64,000 bases of DNA. It comes from Auanema rhodensis. Its lineage: Eukaryota > Animalia > Nematoda. The notes beneath the pieces were generated by a model that worked only from the letters and a program-made list of their open reading frames with translations, was not told where the DNA came from and did no database searches. Positions 28,093-40,160 of this stretch are shown piece after piece (within the stretch, counting starts at the first letter, position 1; each line of letters starts with the position of its first letter). The stretch spans positions 5,890,001 to 5,954,000 of the forward strand of contig OZ059899.1 of the NCBI GenBank assembly GCA_964057225.1. Direction: 5' to 3'. A program made the position numbers and the translations under genes.

Positions 28093-31041
28093 CTATATGT
28101 ATATTGAAATATTTCTATAAATTTCTCATTTCTATGTCATTTTATTCATTACTATTTTATTTTTGATTATCTAAGCTTCTAATCACACAATGTCATTTGT
28201 GTTTCCAGCTGTTTATTCATTCATATCTGCCTTTCTTCATTTCGAATATGTATAAGATCTTCGAATATCAAAATATTTTTATGAATAAGTGGGCAGCTAG
28301 TATCTAAGAACTTTCTGACTCACTTAACTTTATGCATAATTTTGATATTCATCCTTTTTTTTGCAAAATGTACAGCAAGTTGACGTTTCTAACATCATTT
28401 TTGGGGCTACTCTATACTATACTTGTATTATTCTGTTGTTTTGAACCAGGAGATCGAAACAAAGTTTTATGTCCAAGTTTTTATAACTATCTCTCTCCCT
28501 ACATATATATATATGTATGTATATGTATTTGGATATATCTATCTATATATATTCATATTTATAATATTTTTTCAGATTTGTAAGTTCCTTCTATCATATA
28601 TTCTTATGTCTTTACTTCATGTTATGCATGAAGATTAGAGTACAATAGACCTTAAACAACCTAGTCTAGTCTAGTGTAGTGGATTTTATTTCACATCACT
28701 ATCACATACTAGAAGAAAATAAAATAAGAATTTTTATTTTTCTTTTTAGCCGTTTTCTTTAGACATTTGGCTAATTAATTCTGAAATAAAAGTTATTCGT
28801 ATGATGAATGTCATAAAATTGTTTGAGAGTACCCAGCATCATCTGAGAGATGAGACGTTTTTTCATCATTTCATCGTATGAAGTTAAATTTCATTTTTTT
28901 TAAATGTATAATATAGTATATAATATTGAATTATCAACTTATTTGAATTATTACTATAATATTTTTGATATAAAAATTTATTTTAAACTTTATTAAAACA
29001 ACGTCATATTTTACATATTAAAAACATATTTGTATATTCATAATCTATATTTATAAATATAGAATATACATATATATATATATATATATATTAATTAATT
29101 AATAATAATAATAATAATGATAATATTATACAAACACAGATACATATATACATATATACATACATATACATGTATATATGTATATAATTTCTATTTTCAC
29201 TTTCTTTCTTTTTTCTTTCTTTTTTGTTAAAAAATAATAATTTTGTGTTTAATTATAATAATCTTTGTTTTTTATTGTTGATTTCAAGTTCTTATAGTTT
29301 AGATAGTTAAAATACGTTTACTTTCTCTACATAGTAAATGACTAAGCTGAACCATTAGATAGATGACACTGCTTGAACTTACTTACTTTTTTCATTTTCT
29401 ATTCCTCTTAACGTCTGTCAATCTATTTTCATTTTTCAAATTTTAAGACGAAATTCTTTTCTTAATTGCATCTTCTTATAAATATATATTTATTATATTT
29501 TATTAATTAGAATTTTATAATATATTCTTCTTCTTCTTTTTTTTCTTTTATTTTAAGAATTATATTAAAATGTGATTGTTTCATTCATCTAAATGATTCT
29601 AATGTTTTGTATATGTTGAAAGTAAGGTATAAGAGTATAAGTGACGCATGAATACAAATTATCTTTATTTATTTTTTTGGAATAAAAATGAAATTATAAT
29701 ATTGATTATGATATCAAAGTTAAAATGAAATTATAATATAGAAAGATTTATGCTGAAAAAACATTTGAAAGAAAAAGCTATAATATCTTAGCCAACTAAC
29801 TACCTACTATTGAATAATATTCAATTTCTTCTATTTTATATTAAAAGTATTGAATATTACACTAATATTAGTATAATTGTTATACACATGTTGAAGTATT
29901 AGAGCTTTCTAAAGTTTATTTATCATAAATAGATTCAATTGAAGTTGAATTGAATTTCCGTTTCTTCTTTAATATCCGGATGGATGATCATCTATGAATA
30001 TTCAAATATACATATTATTTCAATTTATCTATTAGCATATACATTACTAATATTATTTATTTATTTATATTTTAAATTATTATAATCATAAGTATATAAC
30101 AAGATGTTATTTCTATTTGTAATTAACTAGTGAACGGTTGTATTTTAATTTTTTATATTCAATTTCTCTGTTATTATTTGAATTTTCATTATAGTTATAA
30201 AGAACATGAAAACATTTTTTTTTCTAAACTAACCTATTACATATCTTTTCTTTTTTCTTTTTTCGCAGTTGTCGATTTTTCTAACTATATGATTTGTATA
30301 TGGGAAAACATGAACATAACACTTTTTTATACTCAACCTTCTCATTCTCTTCTTATTTTTCATTTTTTGTTCTTATTTATGCGTAATTTTCCATTATTAT
30401 AGGTACCTGAGTGGCAGGAAGTAATTTAGTGTCAGTTCTTTGCTCTCTGTCCACATCTTAGATCTGTTCGCTTCATCATCCACCTTCCTTCACTAATAAT
30501 GTAATATTTCTCCCTTATTAACCTATATTATATATTATATATATATAATATATATATATATATAGTTACATATTAATTATAATTGAAATTAATTAATTTA
30601 CAGTTTTGTTTTAAATGAATTCTTTTATTTTTTTTATTTTACTGTATTTGATAATATAATACAAATTATTCATTAATTCTAATTATATTTATTTATACTT
30701 TTGAAATCCTTCTTTAAAATTAGTTTTTTTCTGAATCACTTCCTTATTATTTTTAAATTTTTTCTAAAATTAGGTTCTTTTTCTAATATACTCATTTGCT
30801 ATATGAGATTATGAATCTATTTCGAAACTAGGATTTAACAAGCTCAAAAGGGAAAGAGCTTAGTTTTGTTTTCATTTTTAAACAAAAATAGGCTGAAGTT
30901 CGTAATAGTTTATAATGTTTATTTTTAACTTCTATATATATATACTTATACTTATAATTAATTTAATTTTTTTAATATTTATTATATATTTTTTAGAATT
31001 CACATACATATACCATATAATCTGATGTTTCACTGAAACTA

Positions 31042-33488
31042 ATGCTTAAAATTATTTTAATTGTTCTTGCCTTGTTGGCATTAACATCATATTCTAAAGA
31101 AACTGTACATCAAGAGGTATTTTGTTTATTTACTTTTACATAAATTATATTTAATTTTTAATAAATTTTATAAAAAAAAAACAATTTTGTTTAAGGCAAA
31201 TATTCCTAAAAATCTGGAACTTTCTGATATTGAACAACTTAGAATCTTACGATTGAGATATCAAAAGGTTAAATGATAATCTGTGAAGTAATATACAACT
31301 CTTTACTGATATCTTAACTCACAGTTTACTAACATTTTATATATTATATAGTATATAACTAACTTTAACTATACTAATCAATATTTTATAATAGAATATT
31401 ATTATTTTAATATAAATATATATTTAATTAAATTTAGGATAGTGAAGAATTTCTAAACTATATGACTACAACAAACTCACCATCACCTGTATGTTTTATA
31501 ATTTATTTAAAGTTTAAATATTTTATTTTAGAGCTTAAATTCATACAATGATGATGAATACAAGTTAGATAATTCTGAAGATTTAAATTTGGAATTTGAT
31601 GATGATGATACATCATGTACTAGTGATAAAACAATTTTAGAAAAACTATTAAGTAATTATAAATCGTTTAAAACACCATCTGAAACTGGTGTTGTCGTAT
31701 GGATTGAGGTTGGCTTTCTTCTCTTTTTTTTTCTCTTCTTATGTTTATCTTGTTAAAGGTTTGGGTTCAAGAAGTTAATGCTGTAAACGAAATTACAAGT
31801 GATTTTGATATGGATATCTATGTTACTGAGTTATGGATGGATCAAGCATTACGTTATGATCATTTAAATCCTTGTAAATATAATTTATCTTTAAACTCTG
31901 AGGTAAAGTATATAATAACTGAACATATTGTAATTGATATTACAGATTTTGGATCAAATATGGAAGCCTAATACTGTTTTTATTAATAGTAAATCAGCAA
32001 ATATTCATAAATCACCTTTTAAAAATGTTTTTCTTATGATTTATCCAAATGGAACAGTTTGGGTAAATTATAGAGTACAGGTGAAAGGTCCATGCTCTAT
32101 GGATTTTAGGTACATAAATTTAATTATTAATATAAATTATAAATATTATTATTATTATTATTTTCTAATATATTTTAATATTCTAGCGCTTTTCCAATGG
32201 ATGTTCAAACATGTCAATTAACATTAGAATCTTTTAGTTATAATAATCAAGAGGTAATATCATACTTGAGAAACATTTTTTGAAATTCTATTGATTTAGG
32301 TTGATATGCAATGGGTAAATTGGACAGATGGTCTTACTTTACTGAAAAAAGAAATTGTTCTTCCTGATTTCGTTTTAACAAATTACACCACTTCTATTAA
32401 ACAAGAAGTATAATTGTTTTTTAATATATTTTAATATTTTTCTTTATTAAGATTTATCCAGCTGGTGTTTGGAATGAGCTTACTATGTCATTTGTATTTT
32501 CAAGAAGATATGGATGGTATATATTTCAAGCATATATACCAACATATTTAACTATTTTTATAAGGTTTAATATTATAAAAAGGTTTTATTAATATAAAAA
32601 CTATGCTTTAAGTTGGATAAGTTTTTGTTTGGGTCCAAAAATGATACCAGCACGTACAATGTTGGGTGTTAACTCACTTCTAGCTTTAACATTTCAATTT
32701 GGAAATATTATGAGAAATTTACCACGTGTTAGCTATGTTAAAGCATTAGGTATAATAAAATGTTTGTATTACTAATAAATATTATTAATTTAGATGTATG
32801 GATGCTTGTATGCTTAACATTTGTATTTTGCTCATTACTTGAATTAGCTATAATTGGATCCATGGGTGCTAACTCTGAGGTTTTATTTTATTTTTAACTT
32901 TAATTAACATGAAATTTAGCAAAAAACTGGAGGTGGATCCGGTAATAGTCCTTCGGCTTCTTCTTCAAATGGTAACGGCAATCGGTCTATGTCTCCAAGT
33001 TCATGTCCGAATTCTCCTCGAATTTGCTTGAACCATATACCATCGAACACCCCTCATGGCTTTCGAAGCTATGGAACATCTGGTTTGTATTTTTAATTTT
33101 AATAATACATCTAATACTTTGAATGATTATATGAATTCATCTAATTTAGAACATGATCCACGAGCTCGAAAAAAATTAACGCTTCCAACAAGTGGTCATA
33201 TGGCTCGAGATACATTAAAAGAACAAGCTCGGTATGTTTTTAATAATATTAATATGTAAAGTAATAAATTTGATGTTAAGGATTCAAGAAAAAATGTTTT
33301 TATTAGAAGGAAATTGTGAAGAAACATCATTTACTAAAATGCCATCAACATATACTGTACCTACATTGTCTAGAAGAAGATGGACACCAGATCAAATAGA
33401 TCGATATAGTATGGTTATATTTCCAGGACTTTTTACTCTTTTTAATATTATATATTGGGGACATTACTTATCAAGAAATGATGGGTAA
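31042..33488 (+). CDS. acc-3: Cys-loop ligand-gated chloride channel subunit of the ACC (acetylcholine-gated) family, acc-3-like
   Basis: Signal peptide; [20 protein letters not shown]; [11 protein letters not shown]; Cys-loop [15 protein letters not shown]; anion-selective M2 [38 protein letters not shown]; M4 [21 protein letters not shown]. The subunit name is from recall. Confidence 0.85.
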
Positions 33489-34348
33489 AATATTTTAATT
33501 TTGTCTTCTTAAATCTTTGCTCAGTATCATATGAATACGGATCAAATTAGCTTTATCGTCATTTTGTACAAAACAAGGTTTTCAATAATAGTGTTTTCTC
33601 ACTCATTCAGATCATTTTGTATGTCCTTTCTCTTTTTTTTTATTTTGATAATGAATAATCAAATTTCAAAATTAAGTTGATAAAATAAGAATTTTTTGTT
33701 GTTTTTTTTGCTCAAAAAGTATTGTGAGTTGTTCGAATAAAATATATTATTCTCATTATTTTATTTATTTCATATGAATCATATTACAAAATTAATTTTT
33801 TCTATATAGTTCTTGTCAAACTTATCACAAAAAATATCTAATTTGAGATATTTCACGACTAAGCTAATTAGGCTATCTGAGCACTTACAACTTGATTAGA
33901 GGGATCACAGCACATCTATCTCTCAAACATTGAAAAGAAATAGAAATTGGTAAGATAGTTGTGAAACAAGAAAAATCTTTGTCAATCAAGTCATTTAGCT
34001 ATCATCCATCTTTCTTCACATCTATTGTCACCAACTTATTTGACGTTGATGGCAGAAGTCCCGTCAGAAGTCCCGTCAACATGGCGCCACTCCTTTTCTC
34101 TTTTCAAGAAACCTATTACGGCCATGAGGATGATGGATAACATGAAAGCCACGCCTACTTTGTTTCTTGTTAAACCACCTATGTTCGCGATTGTCAATTC
34201 GAAAACCCTTTTTGAGTTTAAGATAGGGTGAAAGCTCGACTCTTCCAAATTTGCTTCGTGTTCTTCGAATTTTCGGTTGTAATCGTCTGACTGCTTGAAA
34301 ATTATTCTAATTATTCTTAATTTTAGAAGTTGATTTATCAGACACAAG

Positions 34349-34639
34349 ATGAAGATTTTCCAATATTGTCTTTCTCTTATTCTATTCTTAGTATCAATTA
34401 TTCTTTCACAAGCTGTTCCAGCTCCACTAGATAGAAATCCTGTACGATTTTCAGGAACTATTGAAGGTAATTAAAGAATTTAACGAAAATTATTTTCATT
34501 CAGTTATTTCTCTAATTTCTTTTCAGGAAGCCCAGTAATAGCTATTTTCCACGGACCATCAGCTCCACTAAAAGACGATGTACAAGACAAAGACACACAA
34601 GACGATCCATTAGCTAGCTTTGGATCTCCAATGGAATAA
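34349..34639 (+). CDS. 76-aa secreted peptide of unknown function; exons 34349-34466 and 34527-34639
   Basis: MKIFQYCLSLILFLVSIILSQA-VPAPLDRNPVRFSGTIEGSPVIAIFHGPSAPLKDDVQDKDTQDDPLASFGSPME*. Clean signal peptide, canonical intron, AATAAA near 34757. Confidence 0.75.
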
Positions 34640-36249
34640 GAATGCTGCTCATGGTTGCTTACCTCAGAAGAAGACCCTGTTTCTTTCGTCTCTCTAGCCT
34701 TTAAGTTTGGAAGACGGTTATTGTATATAATTTATTTTTCGGCAATGATTTTACATAATAAATAGCTCAATTAAAAAATGTTTTTCAAAACAGAAAAAGT
34801 AATTTTATTAAAATTATAGAGTCAATAACTATTTAATGTGAATCAACCGTATTTGATCCTTTTTTTTACATAAAACATTGGTTTGTAGAACAGGAAACGG
34901 TCTCGTGACTGTCATCATACGAAGTCTCATCATCTATCACTGGTAATATGTTCGGACATGTTGTGATTGAACGATTCTTTTTGGCGCCATGAAGCACAAA
35001 CGTTTTAGCCCTCTTACCCCTTCAGTCATCAGCATCGACACCATTTAAACAATTCAATTTATTATCTATTTTCTGTATATCAATAGCTTGATGTGTGATT
35101 ATTAATCGGGTTAATTATGTTGATGTTGTATAAGCGAGCAAATGTTTCTCCTTCACTTTTTTTCGAATTTTTGGACTTGATTAATTGGTGAAAAATAGAT
35201 CTCCCAGCTGGTCAACATTCGAGGTATCAGTGTTAACAAACGAATTGATTTGAACATTCAAATTCTCTCAATTCATATGTTCTTAATGATATGATATACA
35301 TATAACTCACGTACATTAATATTAAATTAATATTTTAAATTAATATTTTCATGTTAATTTAATTAGACCAGTTCTTAATATGGCTTATTATTTAACAAAC
35401 ACATCACTAAAACAATACGAATAGGAAGCTGTCATCTGATTTGAATCGAAATTGACACCAAAGACTCTTCAATGTGATCAGACGCCAATAGCTTTCGTAA
35501 TTCGTTCTAGCCTTGGTGGTACGGCCAATCTTCCACGTGAACGAATTTCCACGTGAATTACCTGACAAATCATTTTATGACCTGCGTCGATGTAAACCAG
35601 TTGCATTGTGATCTGCTTTTATGTTGTGAAAGTGATTTTTCGCAAGGAATTAAAGGAATAATATGTTCAGACCGAGGAACCATGAATAAGAAGTTAACGG
35701 AAATTTCGAGCATTTCTCTTATGAAAGACAGCTTAAGAGATAAAAATATAATATTACCACACAATATGACAAGCAGATTGTTTTTATATTTTGTTCAGAT
35801 TCTTGTTTCCATTTCTTCTTGTTTGCTATTGATTCACATATACACTTCCTCCTGTGAAGTTTATTGTGCAAACTCACATTTCTAACACTTTTCCTCTTCT
35901 CTTGGAGAAGCTGTTGCCGAGCGAAATCTACTAATAAATCTGCTTAAAACCAGATCTTCTCATAGAATGAACTAGAAATTACGAAATTTTTTAAACATGC
36001 AAGGATAGGAGAACAGAATTATCTCGGAAAACCGATAAACCTTATTCATTCAAATTTATGTAATTTGTAAAATAAATATTCTGTAGAATGGTACTTTAGA
36101 CGTTGTAATTACAATGATTTACAAAAACGGCAGGTTAATAGCTTAGATAAGCTTAGATGATATGGAATTCAACAATTGCGTACTTAAAATTGATACAAAT
36201 TAATTCGAATTCCCAAGTTTTGTTGCTTATCAGCTGAAACAACGTACTC

Positions 36250-36415
36250 CGTATTTCGCAAGAATTATGATGGCAACGTCACCAGAAGTGATGAAATCGT
36301 GCTCGACACCAGCCAATCAGAGAGCCTCTTGACGGACTTAGATACGCAGGCACGACCGCTTCGCTCACCCTTTGCAACGCGGCCAACAACATTAGACTTG
36401 TGGCCTCACGTGTGT
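36250..36415 (+). promoter_or_regulatory. Putative promoter of the Tribbles gene with C/EBP-type, C/EBP-ATF, CCAAT and E-box motifs
   Basis: ATTTCGCAAG at 36253-36262, TGATGAAAT at 36289-36297, CCAAT at 36313 and CACGTG near 36406, all in a locally GC-rich patch. Confidence 0.4.
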
Positions 36416-36599
36416 CTCTGCTTAGGTGACTCCTTTAGCTTGTCGCTTAGCTTTTAAAGCTTTTTTTGTGCAAGGAGAGGAATTCAGTAGTCCCTGAGCT
36501 GATTCTAGTGCCGGTCACGAAGCTACCCATTTTATATTCTATAATTCTCAACAATTTTGGTCCATTGTCAGAAGAAATGGAAGGGTCACACTGAATCCG

Positions 36600-37208
36600 A
36601 TGCCCTTAGTTAGGGGCGTCTCGAATTATCATAATCAGCAGATCCTTTATTGCTTCAAAGAAAAGCTAACTTTCTTCTATTTTTGGTAAGTTTTTTTAAA
36701 TTATAGTAGTTAAGCTTTCAAGACTTCTTTGATATTAATTCTTGCTTACGACAATGATGCTATCTTTTTTTTTGGGGTTACTGCAGGAAATTAATTCGAT
36801 ATCTGATGTTTCTTGTTCTTATCTTTGCTTGCTTGCTTGATTATAATAGCTATTACGAAATAATCTTATCTATATAAAAAATTTGAATAATTCAGTTGAG
36901 AAATATATATTATTATTATTTTGAATTTGCATACTATTTCATAAGTATCATTACGATATGAAGGTTCATTCAACCTAATTTTGAAATTATATAACACAAC
37001 TTTATTTACGAAGTAATAATTCTGATGAAATAGGGGCGGGGCTTCTGTAGGCGCGATTGGAGGCACGTGTTTTACCATAGCAGTGCAAATAAGAATGACA
37101 CTGATTCAGAGCCTCCCACTCACTGCCTAAGTTTCATAAGGCTTTCTTTAGTTAGAAATATATAATGCATGTGAAATGATTATGTTCATTAAGAATACCT
37201 ATTCTAGA
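36600..37208 (+). CDS. Upstream ORF (28 aa, MPLVRGVSNYHNQQILYCFKEKLTFFYF*) in the predicted 5' leader of the Tribbles gene
   Basis: ATG at 36600 and donor TG|GTAAG at 36685/6. Splicing to the acceptor at 37207/8 creates TGA, 1 nt before the main ATG at 37210. Confidence 0.45.
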
Positions 37209-37209
37209 A

Positions 37210-39056
37210 ATGTCTGGACAGATGGACGCTCTTGATCGCCAACAAGATTCAAGTGTAAGTGATTCTGGCCTTAGAGCGAATATTCGCAAAAGAAGACCCG
37301 ACTCTGCTTTGTTTTTAAGCCTTAGTGATGTAAGTCTTTTTTAGAAATGAAAATGAAGATTTTATTATTCCTTTTATAGAATAATAATTTGTCTCAATCT
37401 GTGCCTTCATCACTATCTTCCCAAACTATATCAGATCCATTTTTTGGTGAAGATGAAATTACTTCGCGAAAAAGACGCCGTTACGATAGTAGTATATCCA
37501 CTCTGTCCGACGAATCAGATTCACAACTCTCGGTATATCTATTTTTTAATTTTTTTAGAGTACAAATTGAAAATTCTTTTATTTATTTTCTAAAATTTCA
37601 TCATTTTAGACATCATCGGATGTTTCACCACATACCAAGTTTTATAAATTGCATCACGAGCCTTTCGTAAGTCTGAGAAGTCATTTCAACATATATTTCG
37701 TAATTTCGTGTTGTTTTAGAATAATGGTGATATCATAGGAGAGTTTAAAATAGTTGGTTCAGGATATGAAGCTAAAGCTATACATTCTGGTAACAACACT
37801 GTGTATGATTGCAGGGTATTTTTTCAATTAGCGATCTCAATTTCACTATAGCATTTACAGATTCTTAGTGAATATGAAGCGGAAACCCTTTCAAAACTTT
37901 TGTCTCGGCTAGATGAAGCTCATCTCTTTTATTCCAATAGTGATATAGACACACTGAGGTTTTTTCCTTTTGTTTTTTCACATTTATACATATATTTCAG
38001 AAATATGATTGTCCCTGACGACGCTTGTTTAATAGAAGACAGTAAAGATCGTTTCATTTATTTTTCTTTACCTCTTGCACATGGAAAAACATTACATAGT
38101 TATGCTGAATTAAGAGGATCAGAGATGACCGAATTAGACATTCAACCTATTTTTGAACAAGTAGGTTTTTAGCTTATTGGCTATGTTTAGTTTTTTGATT
38201 TAGATTATTCGTGTAGTAGCATTTTGCCACAGGATTGGTATTATTGTACGAGAATTGAAACCGAAAAAGTTGGGATTGTCAAAAGATGGTATATTTTGTT
38301 CAAACTAACAGTACTCATTTTTTGTTTTACCAGGGAGAGTCCGGTTAAACCAACCATGGGATTTATTGGTTCTTGATTCCCCACAATCTGATATAATCAA
38401 AGAAAAATTTAAAGGTAGCCCCGCATATGCTCCCCCTGAGGTTAGATTGATTTTAGAAAATATTTAAATTCTCCTGGTTTTAGGTTCTTAGTACTAGTGA
38501 TGAAGGTTACTCTGGCCGTGCAGCCGATATGTGGGGCCTCGGAGTTCTTTTATATCTTTTACTGTTAGGACGTTATCCATTCTATGATCGTACACCAGTT
38601 GGGGTTTTCCAAAAGATTGTACAGGCCCGTGTAGTTGTTCCTGCGAATGCTGTGATCACAAAACATGGTACGTTTGGCTAGATGGTTAGCGCGCCATCTA
38701 TAAGAGATAGCAATAAGTTCGCATCTCACTTCGCGCAGCAGACACCCCTGTTCCACCCCAATGGGAGGAAAGGGTATATAGGCGCGTATACTATTTCTGG
38801 ACGCTAATCGTATGTTCTGTGCTTTAATAGACTGAACATCCCGGGTTTCCAGAACAGTATTTTTGTATCCACTTTTTGTATCCCATCATTCGTTTCAGTG
38901 CGGATACTACTGTTCTGTCTTCTAAGGAAAAGACCGATCGATCGACCCTCTGCTGAAGATCTCAGATATGTAGATTGGGTAGGAGCTCAAGCAATTCCTT
39001 CTCGGTCATACTGCGTAAATAGAGTCACTGCAAACATGATGGTTCGTGCAGAATAA
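37210..39056 (+). CDS. nipi-3: Tribbles-family pseudokinase (nipi-3-like)
   Basis: N-terminal RKRR/PEST-like region; HGKTLHSY; FEQIIRVVAFCHRIGIIVRELKPKK; KGSPAYAPPEVL...YSGRAADMWGLGVLLYLLLLGRYPFYD; LLRKRPIDRPSA. No DFG motif. Confidence 0.85.
38730..38859 (+). ncRNA. Intronic box H/ACA snoRNA or scaRNA in the last intron of the Tribbles gene
   Basis: Hairpin 1: CGCGC/GCGCG lower stem, an internal pocket, and an ACCC..TTCC..CCC-loop-GGG..GGAA..GGGT upper stem. H box ATACTA at 38788-38793. Hairpin 2: TCTGGA/TCCAGA lower stem, a pocket, and an ATGTTC/GAACAT upper stem. ACA at 38854-38856, 14 nt from the top of the pocket. About 130 nt in total. Confidence 0.75.
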
Positions 39057-40160
39057 GTTCATGATGGGTACTAACCGTTTTTTTGTAGTACGAGATTCAA
39101 ACTGATATAAGAGTTGGATCTACTCGAAACTTGGACCCTACTGCAGTTAGGGATATCAGGGAGAGGTATGATTATTACTTAGATGTGCATATAGTTATTA
39201 GAATATTGCAGAGCTGATCAATCTCAGTTATCTCCAGTAATGAGATTGGGTGTACTTCACTCTCTTTTTCAACGTGCCTCAACAACGTATGATCAACATT
39301 CAGATCGTTTAAGATTGTTTTGAGAAACGCATTCGAAGTTTGTAAAGAGAAAAAAAAGCTCAACTGTTAAGCAGGCTGAACTGAATATTGGCAAGTGTCT
39401 CATTATTATTATTATTATTATTATTTCTATTATAATTTTAATTATTATATTATATACAATTCAAATGGGTTTTCCTTGATTTTTATATGTATAACCTCGA
39501 TCTCATTTGTTTGGCAGAATTTGTAGTGCGCTAGTTGGAATAGTTTGTTTTCATTGCGCCTCTTCTAAATTTTGTACATAACAGTATCGGGCTGTGTTTA
39601 GTTCTTTTTTTGATATTATCACTCATGTGCTTAAATAGATGAGAGCGGGTTTACTTCTTCATTGAATTTCATTCATGCATAATTATTCTTACTACTCTTT
39701 ATACGTTCAGCATGTATTGGATTCTTTGTTTCAAAGCTCTCTTTTTTTCTATGTATTCTTGTGATACGCACAATACTATTTTATAACTATTATTATACTA
39801 TTATTACACTACCGACTTGTTGGATTAGATTTGATTGTGATTTGTCTCAGCAATTGAGATTGTCATTTCTTGTATAAGTGATTGTTGACGAAGTATTCGA
39901 AGAGGTAAGCTTGTTCAATAAATTTCTTAGTTTATTTCCTGTTCTGATTTTTATAGTTTATAATCTTTACCATATATTTTTCATAAAGAAAAAAAGTAGA
40001 AGGTGAGAACGTAAGTAAAATCACAGAATAAGACCCAAATTTGTAAAAGCAAGTAACAAGTAATATGCGTGCAAATAAATTAAGAACCGTCGAAGCAAAC
40101 GCCTTGAATTTGAATTTGGAAGATTGTGGCAATAAAGAGAGATAGTTGATAGATGTTAAT

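Noticed and set aside
34025-34347. 68-aa and 103-aa ORFs upstream of the small secreted gene
   Set aside because: No homology cues or splice support; probably promoter sequence.
37125-37131. GCCTAAG here (and CTAAGCC near 3366) as a possible telomerase RNA template for TTAGGC
   Set aside because: Only 7 nt, expected by chance in 64 kb. No pseudoknot or adjacent H/ACA domain was recognised, and the H/ACA intron has no template.
38674-38807. 41-codon ORF in the last Tribbles intron
   Set aside because: Better explained by the GC-rich H/ACA RNA; no usable splice context.
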